From Bacilli bacterium (GTDB lineage: Bacteria > Bacillota_I > Bacilli_A > RF39 > UBA660): a DNA stretch of 64,000 nt. Under the pieces are notes generated by a model. That model did not search any database, was not told the DNA's origin, and was given only the letters and a program-made list of their open reading frames with translations. Positions 9,370 through 17,382 of this stretch are shown piece by piece. The stretch covers positions 745 to 64,744 of the forward strand of contig JAQUYH010000007.1 in NCBI GenBank assembly GCA_028691955.1. Direction: 5' to 3'. Position numbers and translations under genes: made by a program. Numbering within the stretch: position 1 is the first letter of the stretch; each line of letters begins with the position of its first letter.

Positions 9370-9690
9370 ATGGTTGAATATTTATTTAATTCAAGTGGTG
9401 AATGGATTGCCTTTAAAAAAGGTGACTATCTATATAATAAAGATTGTGAGTGGATTGGATGGTTTCCTTGGGGTGATAATGATGCAGTCAATAATAGTGG
9501 AGAGTATCTTGGAACAATTTGTAAGGAGAATAGATTATATAGAAATCAATTTTCACCTTATAGAGGCTATCCCGGTTATCCTGGTTATCCTGGCTATCCT
9601 GGTTATCCTGGTTATCCTGGATTTGCAGGTCATTCATCATTACCATGGAATATGTATGATATTCCAAAAACATTTTTGAGGAGGCAGTAG
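9370..9690 (+). CDS. Small Trp-rich protein with C-terminal (GYP)n tandem repeat; unknown function
   Basis: A GGTGA RBS precedes the ATG. The protein contains EWIGWFPWGDND and GYPGYPGYPGYPGYPGYPGF. Its stop lies 1 nt before the next gene's ATG. The alternative overlapping frame (9359-9679) looks non-protein-like. Confidence 0.5.
   Translation: MVEYLFNSSGEWIAFKKGDYLYNKDCEWIGWFPWGDNDAVNNSGEYLGTICKENRLYRNQFSPYRGYPGYPGYPGYPGYPGYPGFAGHSSLPWNMYDIPKTFLRRQ
9566..9620 (+). repeat. About six tandem copies of the 9-bp unit GG(T/C)TATCC(T/C), in frame, encoding (GYP)n
   Basis: Direct reading: ggctatccc ggttatcct ggttatcct ggctatcct ggttatcct ggttatcct. Confidence 0.85.
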
Positions 9691-9691
9691 T

Positions 9692-10360
9692 ATGAGTCAA
9701 GATGAGTTAACTAAACACTCTAGGGCAATTTTAGATAGTGCAAAAGATACAATAAATTCTTTTTTTGAAATATACGATAATTCTAAGAAAAAGATTACTG
9801 AGCAAAATCAGGATCTATTGCGTGCGATAATACTTTTTTCTGGTTCAACAATAGATGCTATTATAAAAAAATTAATAAATGATACAATCCAGGAGGTAAT
9901 TGATAGAGATGATGGAGCAAATAGTGAATTTAAGGATTTTGTTAGTAAAACTATACAAGACAGTAAAAACATTATAAATTCAAAGTTATTATCTGAGTTG
10001 TTTGTTTGCAATAGTCCTAAAGAACAATTAATTATTGAATTGAAAAAAAATTTAACCCATAATAGCTTACAAAGTGCAGATGAAATTGCTAAAACTATTG
10101 GATATTTTGGAATTCCAACTAAAGAGTTGCCAATAAAAATTGATGAATTGAAAAGTTTGTTTATTGTTAGAAATAAAATTATGCATGAAATGGATGTGAA
10201 ATTGGACTCATCAACTTTTATAAGAAATGACAGGTCAAAAGTTGAGGCTAAAAAAATTTCAAATGAGCTTTTAAACTTATCAGAATGTTTGATAGATCTT
10301 GTTGAAAAGAAATTAAAACAACCACTCATTGAAGAAAGAGTTACATACCTGGTGATATAA
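9692..10360 (+). CDS. HEPN-like protein (R-x4-H motif RNKIMHE); candidate RNase toxin / Abi component
   Basis: A GGAGG RBS. 222 aa, predicted helical. The C-terminal region carries RNKIMH, matching the HEPN Rx4-6H signature. No other family was recognised by eye. Confidence 0.45.
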   Translation: MSQDELTKHSRAILDSAKDTINSFFEIYDNSKKKITEQNQDLLRAIILFSGSTIDAIIKKLINDTIQEVIDRDDGANSEFKDFVSKTIQDSKNIINSKLLSELFVCNSPKEQLIIELKKNLTHNSLQSADEIAKTIGYFGIPTKELPIKIDELKSLFIVRNKIMHEMDVKLDSSTFIRNDRSKVEAKKISNELLNLSECLIDLVEKKLKQPLIEERVTYLVI

Positions 10361-10420
10361 TTAAAACTATTTAATTAAATAATAGAAAGTTTATTTTAAA
10401 TATAGTTAAAGGAGAATTTT

Positions 10421-11332
10421 ATGAATGTTAATGATATTTTAGGCTTAGGGAAAATGACTGATAAGCTTTTAAATACAATTGGAAAAGGATTGGGATGGTA
10501 TTTAGAACCCAAGCAAATTATTAGAAAGGCAAAAGCCACAAAAAAGGCTTATGAACTATTACATGATGTTAAACAAAATCATAATTTTTTGGTTTCTGTA
10601 AAATCTGAAGATATTGCAGTTGAAGAAATTCTACCAGATATAAATCAAGGCCTAATTGAAAAAGAAATTATTCAAAATTATCAAGCTCTTGAAATAGTTG
10701 AAAAAGCATTAAGTATGATAGATATAAAACAACCTGTTTCAGATAAAGAAATAGATGAACAGTGGATTGATAGATACTTTGATAGTATCAAAAAAATCAC
10801 AAATGAAGAAGTAAAAGTAATTTGGGCAAAAATTTTGGCAGATACAGTCACTGAAAAAAAAGAATATTCAATTAGGACTCTTGATTTTCTTAGAAGCCTG
10901 TCTAATGCAGAAGCCTTGGTTTTCACTAAGTTAGAAGGTCTAGCATTTAAGCAAGGAAGAGAGCTTCTACTACCAAATTTTGAAGAATTTAACAATAAGT
11001 ATAGTATAAGAAAGCAAGATTTATGGCTTTTAGAGGAATTAGGTATATTAAAGGAGGGATTAATCTTGACGATTCCACAAGAAAAAGGAATTTATATATA
11101 TGAAAACAGTGTAGTCATTGTTTCTCCAAAAAATGGAAAAGACGAAAAATTAAATATATACAAGTTTACCAATATGGGTATCGAACTATACAACTTGCTT
11201 GGTGGTAACAGAAAAGTTAATATTAATGAATATTGCACCTTTGTTTTTAAAAGGAAAGGCGATGTTAAAGTAGGAAAAATAACAAGTATTTCTTATGATA
11301 TGGCTCATCATGAACCATTAATAGAAATTTGA
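10421..11332 (+). CDS. Hypothetical 303-aa protein, third gene of the island operon
   Basis: An AAGGAG RBS. Soluble, with no motif I recognise. Co-oriented with the HEPN-like gene. Confidence 0.5.
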   Translation: MNVNDILGLGKMTDKLLNTIGKGLGWYLEPKQIIRKAKATKKAYELLHDVKQNHNFLVSVKSEDIAVEEILPDINQGLIEKEIIQNYQALEIVEKALSMIDIKQPVSDKEIDEQWIDRYFDSIKKITNEEVKVIWAKILADTVTEKKEYSIRTLDFLRSLSNAEALVFTKLEGLAFKQGRELLLPNFEEFNNKYSIRKQDLWLLEELGILKEGLILTIPQEKGIYIYENSVVIVSPKNGKDEKLNIYKFTNMGIELYNLLGGNRKVNINEYCTFVFKRKGDVKVGKITSISYDMAHHEPLIEI

Positions 11333-11454
11333 TATAAGAATATTCTCTTAATATTCTCTTAAAATAAGAAATAAATAAGCAAAAAAGACTCTCTATGAAA
11401 ATAGAAAGCCTTTTAAAATAAAGATTAGAAAATTCTGGAATAAACAAATCTAGT

Positions 11455-11482
11455 CCTGTTTTCTCGACCATTGTTATAAAAT
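11455..11482 (+). repeat. Degenerate copy of the tRNA-Pro 3' end (candidate attR)
   Basis: About 25 of 28 positions match 9151-9180. Confidence 0.45.
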
Positions 11483-11572
11483 TCAACCTTGATATAAATG
11501 TATAAAACTATGAATTTTTTTATAGTTTTATTTTTCATACAAAATAATATATAATATATTTAGGTGATGAAG

Positions 11573-12136
11573 ATGAAAGTTGTAATAGCAACAAAAAATC
11601 CAGGGAAAATTGAAGGCGCTAAAAAAGCACTTGAACATTATTATGATGATATAAACATTATAGGCATCCCTACACCATCTGATGTAAGTGATCAACCAGT
11701 TAATGATGAAATAATGCAAGGAGCAAAAAATAGAGTATCGAATTTAAAAAAATATTGTTTAGAAAATGGAATAGAGGCAGATCAATTTTTAGCTATAGAG
11801 TCTGGTATGACAAACAGTCTAGGCGAATGGATAATTATAAATGTTGCAGTTATTGAAGATAATGACGGATTTATCAGTTGGGGAACAAGCCATGGCTTTC
11901 CAGTACCTAATAAATATGTTGAAGATATCAAAGAAAAAGAATTAGGACCAGTTATGGACAAAGTATTTAATGAGAATGACTTACGTTCTGGTAAAGGCGG
12001 AATTTCTTTATTAACTGATGGTATTATATCTAGATTGGATATGACAGAATCAGCCTTTGTAATGGCTTTGATTCAGCATAGAAAACACAACATTTGGAGT
12101 GACAAACACTATCACACTAATAATAAAAATAATTGA
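11573..12136 (+). CDS. yjjX: Inosine/xanthosine triphosphatase (YjjX family non-canonical purine NTPase)
   Basis: MKVVIATKNPGKI...AIESG... follows the YjjX pattern. Confidence 0.65.
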   Translation: MKVVIATKNPGKIEGAKKALEHYYDDINIIGIPTPSDVSDQPVNDEIMQGAKNRVSNLKKYCLENGIEADQFLAIESGMTNSLGEWIIINVAVIEDNDGFISWGTSHGFPVPNKYVEDIKEKELGPVMDKVFNENDLRSGKGGISLLTDGIISRLDMTESAFVMALIQHRKHNIWSDKHYHTNNKNN

Positions 12137-12214
12137 AGACAAAGAGCATTACTAATATCAATAAAATAAAAATTCACTTTTTAAAAATAATTGATAATAA
12201 ATTAAGGTGATAAA

Positions 12215-12706
12215 ATGAAAAAAGAAATTGGTACATATAAGGATTGTTCAAATTGCAAAAATAAAAATAATAACTGCTGCACAGATTTCGTCAATATTGA
12301 TAATCCTTTAATAACAGAAAAGGAATTAGAAATAATTAAATTAAGAAGCAATAACAAAGAATTTTATAAAAAGATAACACCTCATTTATACAATATAAAA
12401 ACATGCGAAAATGGTGTATGTCCCTTTTATAAGAAAGGATGCTCAATTTATTTGTATCGCCCAGTTGATTGTAGACTATATCCTTTTGATATAATTAGAA
12501 AAAAAGATAAATATTACCTCATTTTATATAAATATCCATGCAATAATGTTGAAGTGACCAAAAAATTTATTGATGATAATATTAATGATGTCGAATTATT
12601 GGCAAATAATTTAGCAGAATTTATCGAAGAATATACTTGTCATATATGTAACCAAAAGTTGCAAAAAAAAGAATACATAGTAATAAAAGAATTAATAACA
12701 AAATAG
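12215..12706 (+). CDS. YkgJ-family zinc/iron-chelating domain protein (CxxCxxCC)
   Basis: CSNCKNKNNNCC and CPFYKKGCSIYLYRPVDCRLYPF motifs. Confidence 0.6.
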   Translation: MKKEIGTYKDCSNCKNKNNNCCTDFVNIDNPLITEKELEIIKLRSNNKEFYKKITPHLYNIKTCENGVCPFYKKGCSIYLYRPVDCRLYPFDIIRKKDKYYLILYKYPCNNVEVTKKFIDDNINDVELLANNLAEFIEEYTCHICNQKLQKKEYIVIKELITK

Positions 12707-13018
12707 TAAAAATATTATTTGGTATATAATCAGAGATAGCGGTTTAATAATAATAGAAGAATTCTATGCTAAAGCTATTTGTCCATTAGATGGTAGACAT
12801 AAAAAAAATAAAAATAGTCATTCAAGAACTAGATTTTTTATCAGAAACAGATAAGAACACTCTTCTAGGAATGACACTATCTAGTTATATTGTTATGTTG
12901 AAATATTAGCTGATGAAAACTATAATAATAAATAAATTTATATGAAATATATTTAGATAAAATTTTTAATAGAGTATTTAATTGACAAAAAAAGCTATTA
13001 GATGTATATTGTTCCTGA

Positions 13019-13054
13019 AGAGTAGTATAATCGATTATACTACTCTTATTTTTT
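13019..13054 (+). terminator. Perfect 13-bp inverted repeat with 2-nt loop plus T-tract in the 5' leader of the 13124 gene (attenuator or operator candidate)
   Basis: AGAGTAGTATAAT-cg-ATTATACTACTCT then TATTTTTT. TTGACA at 12984 lies upstream. Confidence 0.5.
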
Positions 13055-13123
13055 GGGAAGAAAGGATATAAAAAAATAAGACTTGAAATAAACTACAGAA
13101 ATTTTTATTAGCGGGTTATAAAA

Positions 13124-13666
13124 ATGGGAAAGAAATTTTATCAAAAAAAGCCATTCATAATAGGAGCAGTAATATTTACTTTAATGATAATAGGATCAAT
13201 TAATGGTAATAATGAAGCTACTATAGAAAAAGAAGCAACATCAAAAGCAGAAAAACAAGAAGTAGAAATAGATAAGTCACAAGAAGAAACAGAAGAAAAT
13301 GTAATAGTAGATCTTGAAGAAGAAGTTAAAGAGGTAATACCAACCTGTGATGGAACAAATATTACAGAAAATTGTGAATTAGATGGTGAAACGTATTCAA
13401 GCTATAAATATTATCCTGCAGTAACAGAAGTATATCATTATGAAACTCAAACAACCTATACAACAGAAATAGTTGGGTACTGTACTTTATGTAATGACGG
13501 CACAAGAAGCCCTTCTTGTTCAACGGGTAGAGGAACATGCTCTCATCACGGTGGAGTTGCAGAATGGAACGCACCAATATATAAACAGGTTGCACATACC
13601 GAGCAAGTAAAAATAATAGACACGCCTGCTAAAGAAGAGCGATATGAAATAACTTTACAAGAATAA
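13124..13666 (+). CDS. Membrane-anchored secreted protein with a DUF3761-like Cys motif
   Basis: An N-terminal TM helix and an acidic linker. The C-terminus has CTLCNDGTRSPSCSTGRGTCSHHGGVAEW. Confidence 0.5.
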   Translation: MGKKFYQKKPFIIGAVIFTLMIIGSINGNNEATIEKEATSKAEKQEVEIDKSQEETEENVIVDLEEEVKEVIPTCDGTNITENCELDGETYSSYKYYPAVTEVYHYETQTTYTTEIVGYCTLCNDGTRSPSCSTGRGTCSHHGGVAEWNAPIYKQVAHTEQVKIIDTPAKEERYEITLQE

Positions 13667-13714
13667 TACCAACTTTAATAAATTTTAAACGTTTAAATAG
13701 ACTATGCATATAAT

Positions 13715-13756
13715 CATAGTTTTTTTGATTAAAATAATATATAATAAATATAGGTG
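13715..13756 (+). repeat. Terminator+promoter+RBS cassette, copy 1 (41/42 identical to 15176-15217)
   Basis: CATAGTTTTTTTGATTAAAATAATATATAATAAATATAGGTG. Confidence 0.8.
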
Positions 13757-13761
13757 GCCAA

Positions 13762-14712
13762 ATGAAAATAATTACTGAACAATACTGTTTGAAAAGTGAA
13801 AAAGTAAAAAAAAATATAATAATAGCTCTTATAGCAGATTTACATTATATTGGAACTACCGAATACAGCACTAATATAGATATAATGAAAGCTGTTTTAA
13901 ACATGAAACCAAATTATATATGCATATGTGGTGATTTCTTTGGAGGATTTGGAACAAACAATTTTGAAAATAAAAAGGTTATGAATATACTCCTTGATTT
14001 ATTAGAAAAGTTAAAAAAAATTGCTCCAGTAATTTTATCATTAGGTAACCATGACTTAACTATAAGAAAAGATAAAGAATTAAGAAAGCTATTTAAACAA
14101 TTGAAGTCAGAAAACATTTATCCTCTTGATAACGAAAGCGTTGAATTTGAGGATTGTCTTTTCAGTGGATTTTACGCAAGTCGAAAATCTTATGCCATAT
14201 CAAAAATTTCCAAAAGGAAAAGCAAAATGATAGTTAAAGATTGGAACAAAAGCGACTTTAAACCATCAAAAAATAAATACAATATTTTATGTCATCATTT
14301 ACCAGATACATTGTATAATAAAACAATAAAAGATAATATTTCTAATTTATTTGATTATGATATTGTATTATCTGGGCATACACATAACGGCTCTTTATCA
14401 GAAAAATATATAGAAAAAAGAAATCAAAAAATTGACAATAAAATATTGAAAGCTAAAAGTGACAAAATAAGAGTGCAACTAGAAAAGAAGAAATACTATG
14501 GCTTTTGTGAATCAATTATCAATTTTCCACCCTTCTTAAGAAAAGTATCTAGAGGAATGCACTATGTTAATGGTACAAATCTAATAATATCAAAAGGAAT
14601 AACTAGCGGAATAAAATTTATAATAAAAGATAAAATAGTATTTGATATATCAAAAAATTTTCCATCATATATAACACAAATAAAGATAGAGCCAGTTGTT
14701 AAAATGGATTAA
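13762..14712 (+). CDS. Calcineurin-like metallophosphoesterase
   Basis: GDFFGG, GNHD and GHTHNG motifs. Confidence 0.7.
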   Translation: MKIITEQYCLKSEKVKKNIIIALIADLHYIGTTEYSTNIDIMKAVLNMKPNYICICGDFFGGFGTNNFENKKVMNILLDLLEKLKKIAPVILSLGNHDLTIRKDKELRKLFKQLKSENIYPLDNESVEFEDCLFSGFYASRKSYAISKISKRKSKMIVKDWNKSDFKPSKNKYNILCHHLPDTLYNKTIKDNISNLFDYDIVLSGHTHNGSLSEKYIEKRNQKIDNKILKAKSDKIRVQLEKKKYYGFCESIINFPPFLRKVSRGMHYVNGTNLIISKGITSGIKFIIKDKIVFDISKNFPSYITQIKIEPVVKMD

Positions 14713-14803
14713 AATAAATATAATGGCCTAATTTTTATATGGAAGTAAATATGCTATTGAAGGAGTTTCAATAGACTTTGAAAAAGTTATTTCAAATATT
14801 GAT

Positions 14804-15058
14804 TTGAAAAAGTATAATATTATTGGCTTAACATATAATGATATAACCTCCAATGATTTATATCAAAATATTAAAAAACAGGATACAGAAGATGATTGGA
14901 CATATTACTATAGCAACGAAGAATTAAAAAGAAATATGGACTATTTTATAGAGAGCAATAAATATTTTAATAGTAAATTCATTGAATATAAAATCGCTGC
15001 TTATGACGTATCATTTAATAGAGAAAAAATATTAAACGATATAGTAAATAGTTTATAA
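14804..15058 (+). CDS. Hypothetical 84-aa protein
   Basis: An ORF with no recognisable motif. Confidence 0.3.
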   Translation: MKKYNIIGLTYNDITSNDLYQNIKKQDTEDDWTYYYSNEELKRNMDYFIESNKYFNSKFIEYKIAAYDVSFNREKILNDIVNSL

Positions 15059-15175
15059 ATTAATGGAGGTCAAAATGAATTGAAAACAAAAATCAGATGA
15101 ATTTTTAAAAAGCTTCGAGCACTCATTTGACATAAACTTCGAATTTAAAGAAAGAATATAAACTGTGAAATTATT

Positions 15176-15217
15176 CATAGTTTTTTTAATTAAAATAATA
15201 TATAATAAATATAGGTG
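15176..15217 (+). repeat. Terminator+promoter+RBS cassette, copy 2
   Basis: CATAGTTTTTTTAATTAAAATAATATATAATAAATATAGGTG. A related core (AAAATAATATATAAT..TTTAGGTGA) also sits upstream of yjjX at 11541-11566. Confidence 0.8.
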
Positions 15218-15224
15218 ATTAAAC

Positions 15225-15845
15225 ATGAACAACTTTAAATTTAAAATAATAGACTTTAGCAATATAAAAGAAGCAATAAAAACACAGAATGAAATATTTC
15301 CAAATGAAGATGGAACTATAAACTTATTAGCAAGTCTAGATAGAAACCTATTTATGAATGTTACTGGTATATTTTATATAGACGACAATGTTAAATATTA
15401 TTTGGCATATTTAGAAGATAAAATAGTAGGAATTACTGGAATATATTCATACAAAGATAAATGGCCTAATGATGCATGGATTGGCTGGTATGGAATAAAA
15501 GAAGAACATAGAGGACAAGGATATGGGAAAACAATACTAGAATGGACCATAACAAAAGCTAAAGAAGAGGGCTATAAAACAATTAGATTATATACTGATA
15601 TTGATGATAATAAAAAGGCTGTAAAGCTATATGAAAAAGCAGGTTTTACTGGAGAAAAATACACAAAAGAAAAATTAGACTATAATTGTTACATATATTC
15701 CAAATCTTTAAGTGAAGACAAAGTAGAACTTTGGGATAATAAGCTTTTAGGGTTAAGCTATCAATCAGAATTAGATCACTATAATAAAGATGACATTTCT
15801 GCTATTTTAAATAAATACTTAGAAATTTTAAACGATAAAAAATGA
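15225..15845 (+). CDS. GNAT family N-acetyltransferase
   Basis: GNAT motif A region (HRGQGYGKTILEW). Confidence 0.65.
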   Translation: MNNFKFKIIDFSNIKEAIKTQNEIFPNEDGTINLLASLDRNLFMNVTGIFYIDDNVKYYLAYLEDKIVGITGIYSYKDKWPNDAWIGWYGIKEEHRGQGYGKTILEWTITKAKEEGYKTIRLYTDIDDNKKAVKLYEKAGFTGEKYTKEKLDYNCYIYSKSLSEDKVELWDNKLLGLSYQSELDHYNKDDISAILNKYLEILNDKK

Positions 15846-15857
15846 AAAGGTGAAAAG

Positions 15858-16658
15858 ATGGAAAAAATAGCAATAATATCAGATATACATGGTAATTTAG
15901 AAGCATTAAACGCAATATTTGAAGATATAGATAAAAAGAAAATAACCAAAATCTTTTGTTTAGGAGATATTGTAGGAAAAGGATCTCATTCCAAAGAATG
16001 TATTGACTTAGTATTAAAAAAATGTGAAGTAGTATTAAAAGGGAATTTAGAAGAGCTAATAGTAGCACACGAAAATTTAGATAATAAATATAGAATATTT
16101 TATAGGAAACAATTACAAGAAGAATATATTTCTAAAATTACAGGTTTAAGCTTTTGTTATGAGTTATATATTAGTGGCAGCTTAGTAAGATTCTTTCATG
16201 CCGCACCAACCAGCGTATATGATAGAGTACACTTTTTTGAAGACCACAAAAGAAAAATAACGCTTTTTTATCCTAGTGATAAAACTATAAGTGATAAGAT
16301 GGCAGATATTGTAGTTTTTGGTGATCTACACACCCAGCTGATGGAGAAGTTTTACAATAAAACGTTAATTAATTGCGGAAGTGTTGGAAATTCAACAAGT
16401 ATAATTAGAGATGATAATATTGATAGTGATTTTATGGAAGTAACCCAAGCTTTCTATTTGACAATAGAAGGAGAAATAAGTAGTAAAGAATATAACAGTA
16501 GCCTATCATTTGATTTTATTAGAGTTCCATATAATATAACCAAAGAACTAGAAAATAGTAATTTAGCCATGGACAAAGCAGAATACGAATATGAAATAAA
16601 AAATGGAACTTATAGAAATGTTGATAAATTAAAAGAAAAATATGAAATTTTAAGCTGA
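15858..16658 (+). CDS. Metallophosphoesterase (YfcE/ApaH-like)
   Basis: ISDIHGN, GDIVGKG and GDLH motifs. Confidence 0.7.
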   Translation: MEKIAIISDIHGNLEALNAIFEDIDKKKITKIFCLGDIVGKGSHSKECIDLVLKKCEVVLKGNLEELIVAHENLDNKYRIFYRKQLQEEYISKITGLSFCYELYISGSLVRFFHAAPTSVYDRVHFFEDHKRKITLFYPSDKTISDKMADIVVFGDLHTQLMEKFYNKTLINCGSVGNSTSIIRDDNIDSDFMEVTQAFYLTIEGEISSKEYNSSLSFDFIRVPYNITKELENSNLAMDKAEYEYEIKNGTYRNVDKLKEKYEILS

Positions 16659-16709
16659 TCAAAAATAATCAAAAACGTGCTCTAAAAAAGTATTAAAGTA
16701 GATAGATTT

Positions 16710-16735
16710 AAACTGTAAATTTTACAGTTTTTTTG
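16710..16735 (+). terminator. Rho-independent terminator
   Basis: AAACTGTAAA-tt-TTACAGTTT followed by T6. Confidence 0.75.
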
Positions 16736-16799
16736 ATTGTGGAAAAAAGCTGCAATAAATGATATACTTAATATATATAACAAGAAATAAGGAGAAATT

Positions 16800-17315
16800 A
16801 TGAACAAAGCATTAAGCTATATTTTACAATTAAGGAATGCCTTGCGCCCAGAGCTTAGAAATATGCCATTGTTTCAAAATGGAAGTGCGATCATAGTAGT
16901 CAATGAGAAAGGGGATATATTGCTACAACACAGAACTGATAGAGATTTATGGTGTGTTCCAGGCGGTCTTCAAGAACTAGGAGAAACATTTGAAGAAGTT
17001 GCTATCAGAGAACTTAAAGAAGAAACTGGATTAATAGTAAACGAGGAAGACTTAATATTAATAAAAGCAGTTTCAGGAGAGAGTAGAAAAAACTCTTACC
17101 CTAATGGGGACGTTGTATATAATAATACACTTTTATATATGGCAAGAAAATATACAGGCGTTTTAGGAAGTAACTACGAAGAAATAGTTGATAGAGGAAA
17201 TGGATATTTTGAGTCCTCAAAAGAATCAAGAGGATTAAAGTTTTTCTCTTTAGACACTTTACCAGATAATTTAATGGATCAAGATTTAATTAAAGTTTAT
17301 ATTAAAAGAAAATAA
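16800..17315 (+). CDS. NUDIX hydrolase
   Basis: Nudix box GGLQELGETFEEVAIRELKEETGL. Confidence 0.8.
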   Translation: MNKALSYILQLRNALRPELRNMPLFQNGSAIIVVNEKGDILLQHRTDRDLWCVPGGLQELGETFEEVAIRELKEETGLIVNEEDLILIKAVSGESRKNSYPNGDVVYNNTLLYMARKYTGVLGSNYEEIVDRGNGYFESSKESRGLKFFSLDTLPDNLMDQDLIKVYIKRK

Positions 17316-17382
17316 AATATTCATTTATACTATTGACTCTATAGTTAACTATAGTGTTAGTATTAACTTGTGAGGTGAAATA

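Larger units (their letters stand above)
9167..11485 (+). mobile_element. Putative integrated mini-island at the tRNA-Pro 3' end (no integrase; possibly a remnant)
   Basis: The genuine tRNA-Pro 3' end plus flank (CCTGTTTTTCCGACCATTCGTTATAGAAAT, 9151-9180) recurs in degenerate form at 11455-11482 (CCTGTTTTCTCGACCATTGTTATAAAAT). The segment between holds one operon unrelated to its neighbours. Confidence 0.4.

Noticed and set aside
9566-9620. Possible CRISPR array
   Set aside because: The 9-bp units are contiguous with no spacers, lie inside an ORF and encode (GYP)n. This is not a CRISPR architecture, and no cas genes are present.
9359-9679. Alternative overlapping frame for the first island gene (MVIVWLNIYLIQVV...)
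   Set aside because: The translation is hydrophobic and low-complexity with ILVILVIL runs produced by the tandem repeat. The 9370 frame has a RBS and abuts the next gene's start. I chose 9370-9690.
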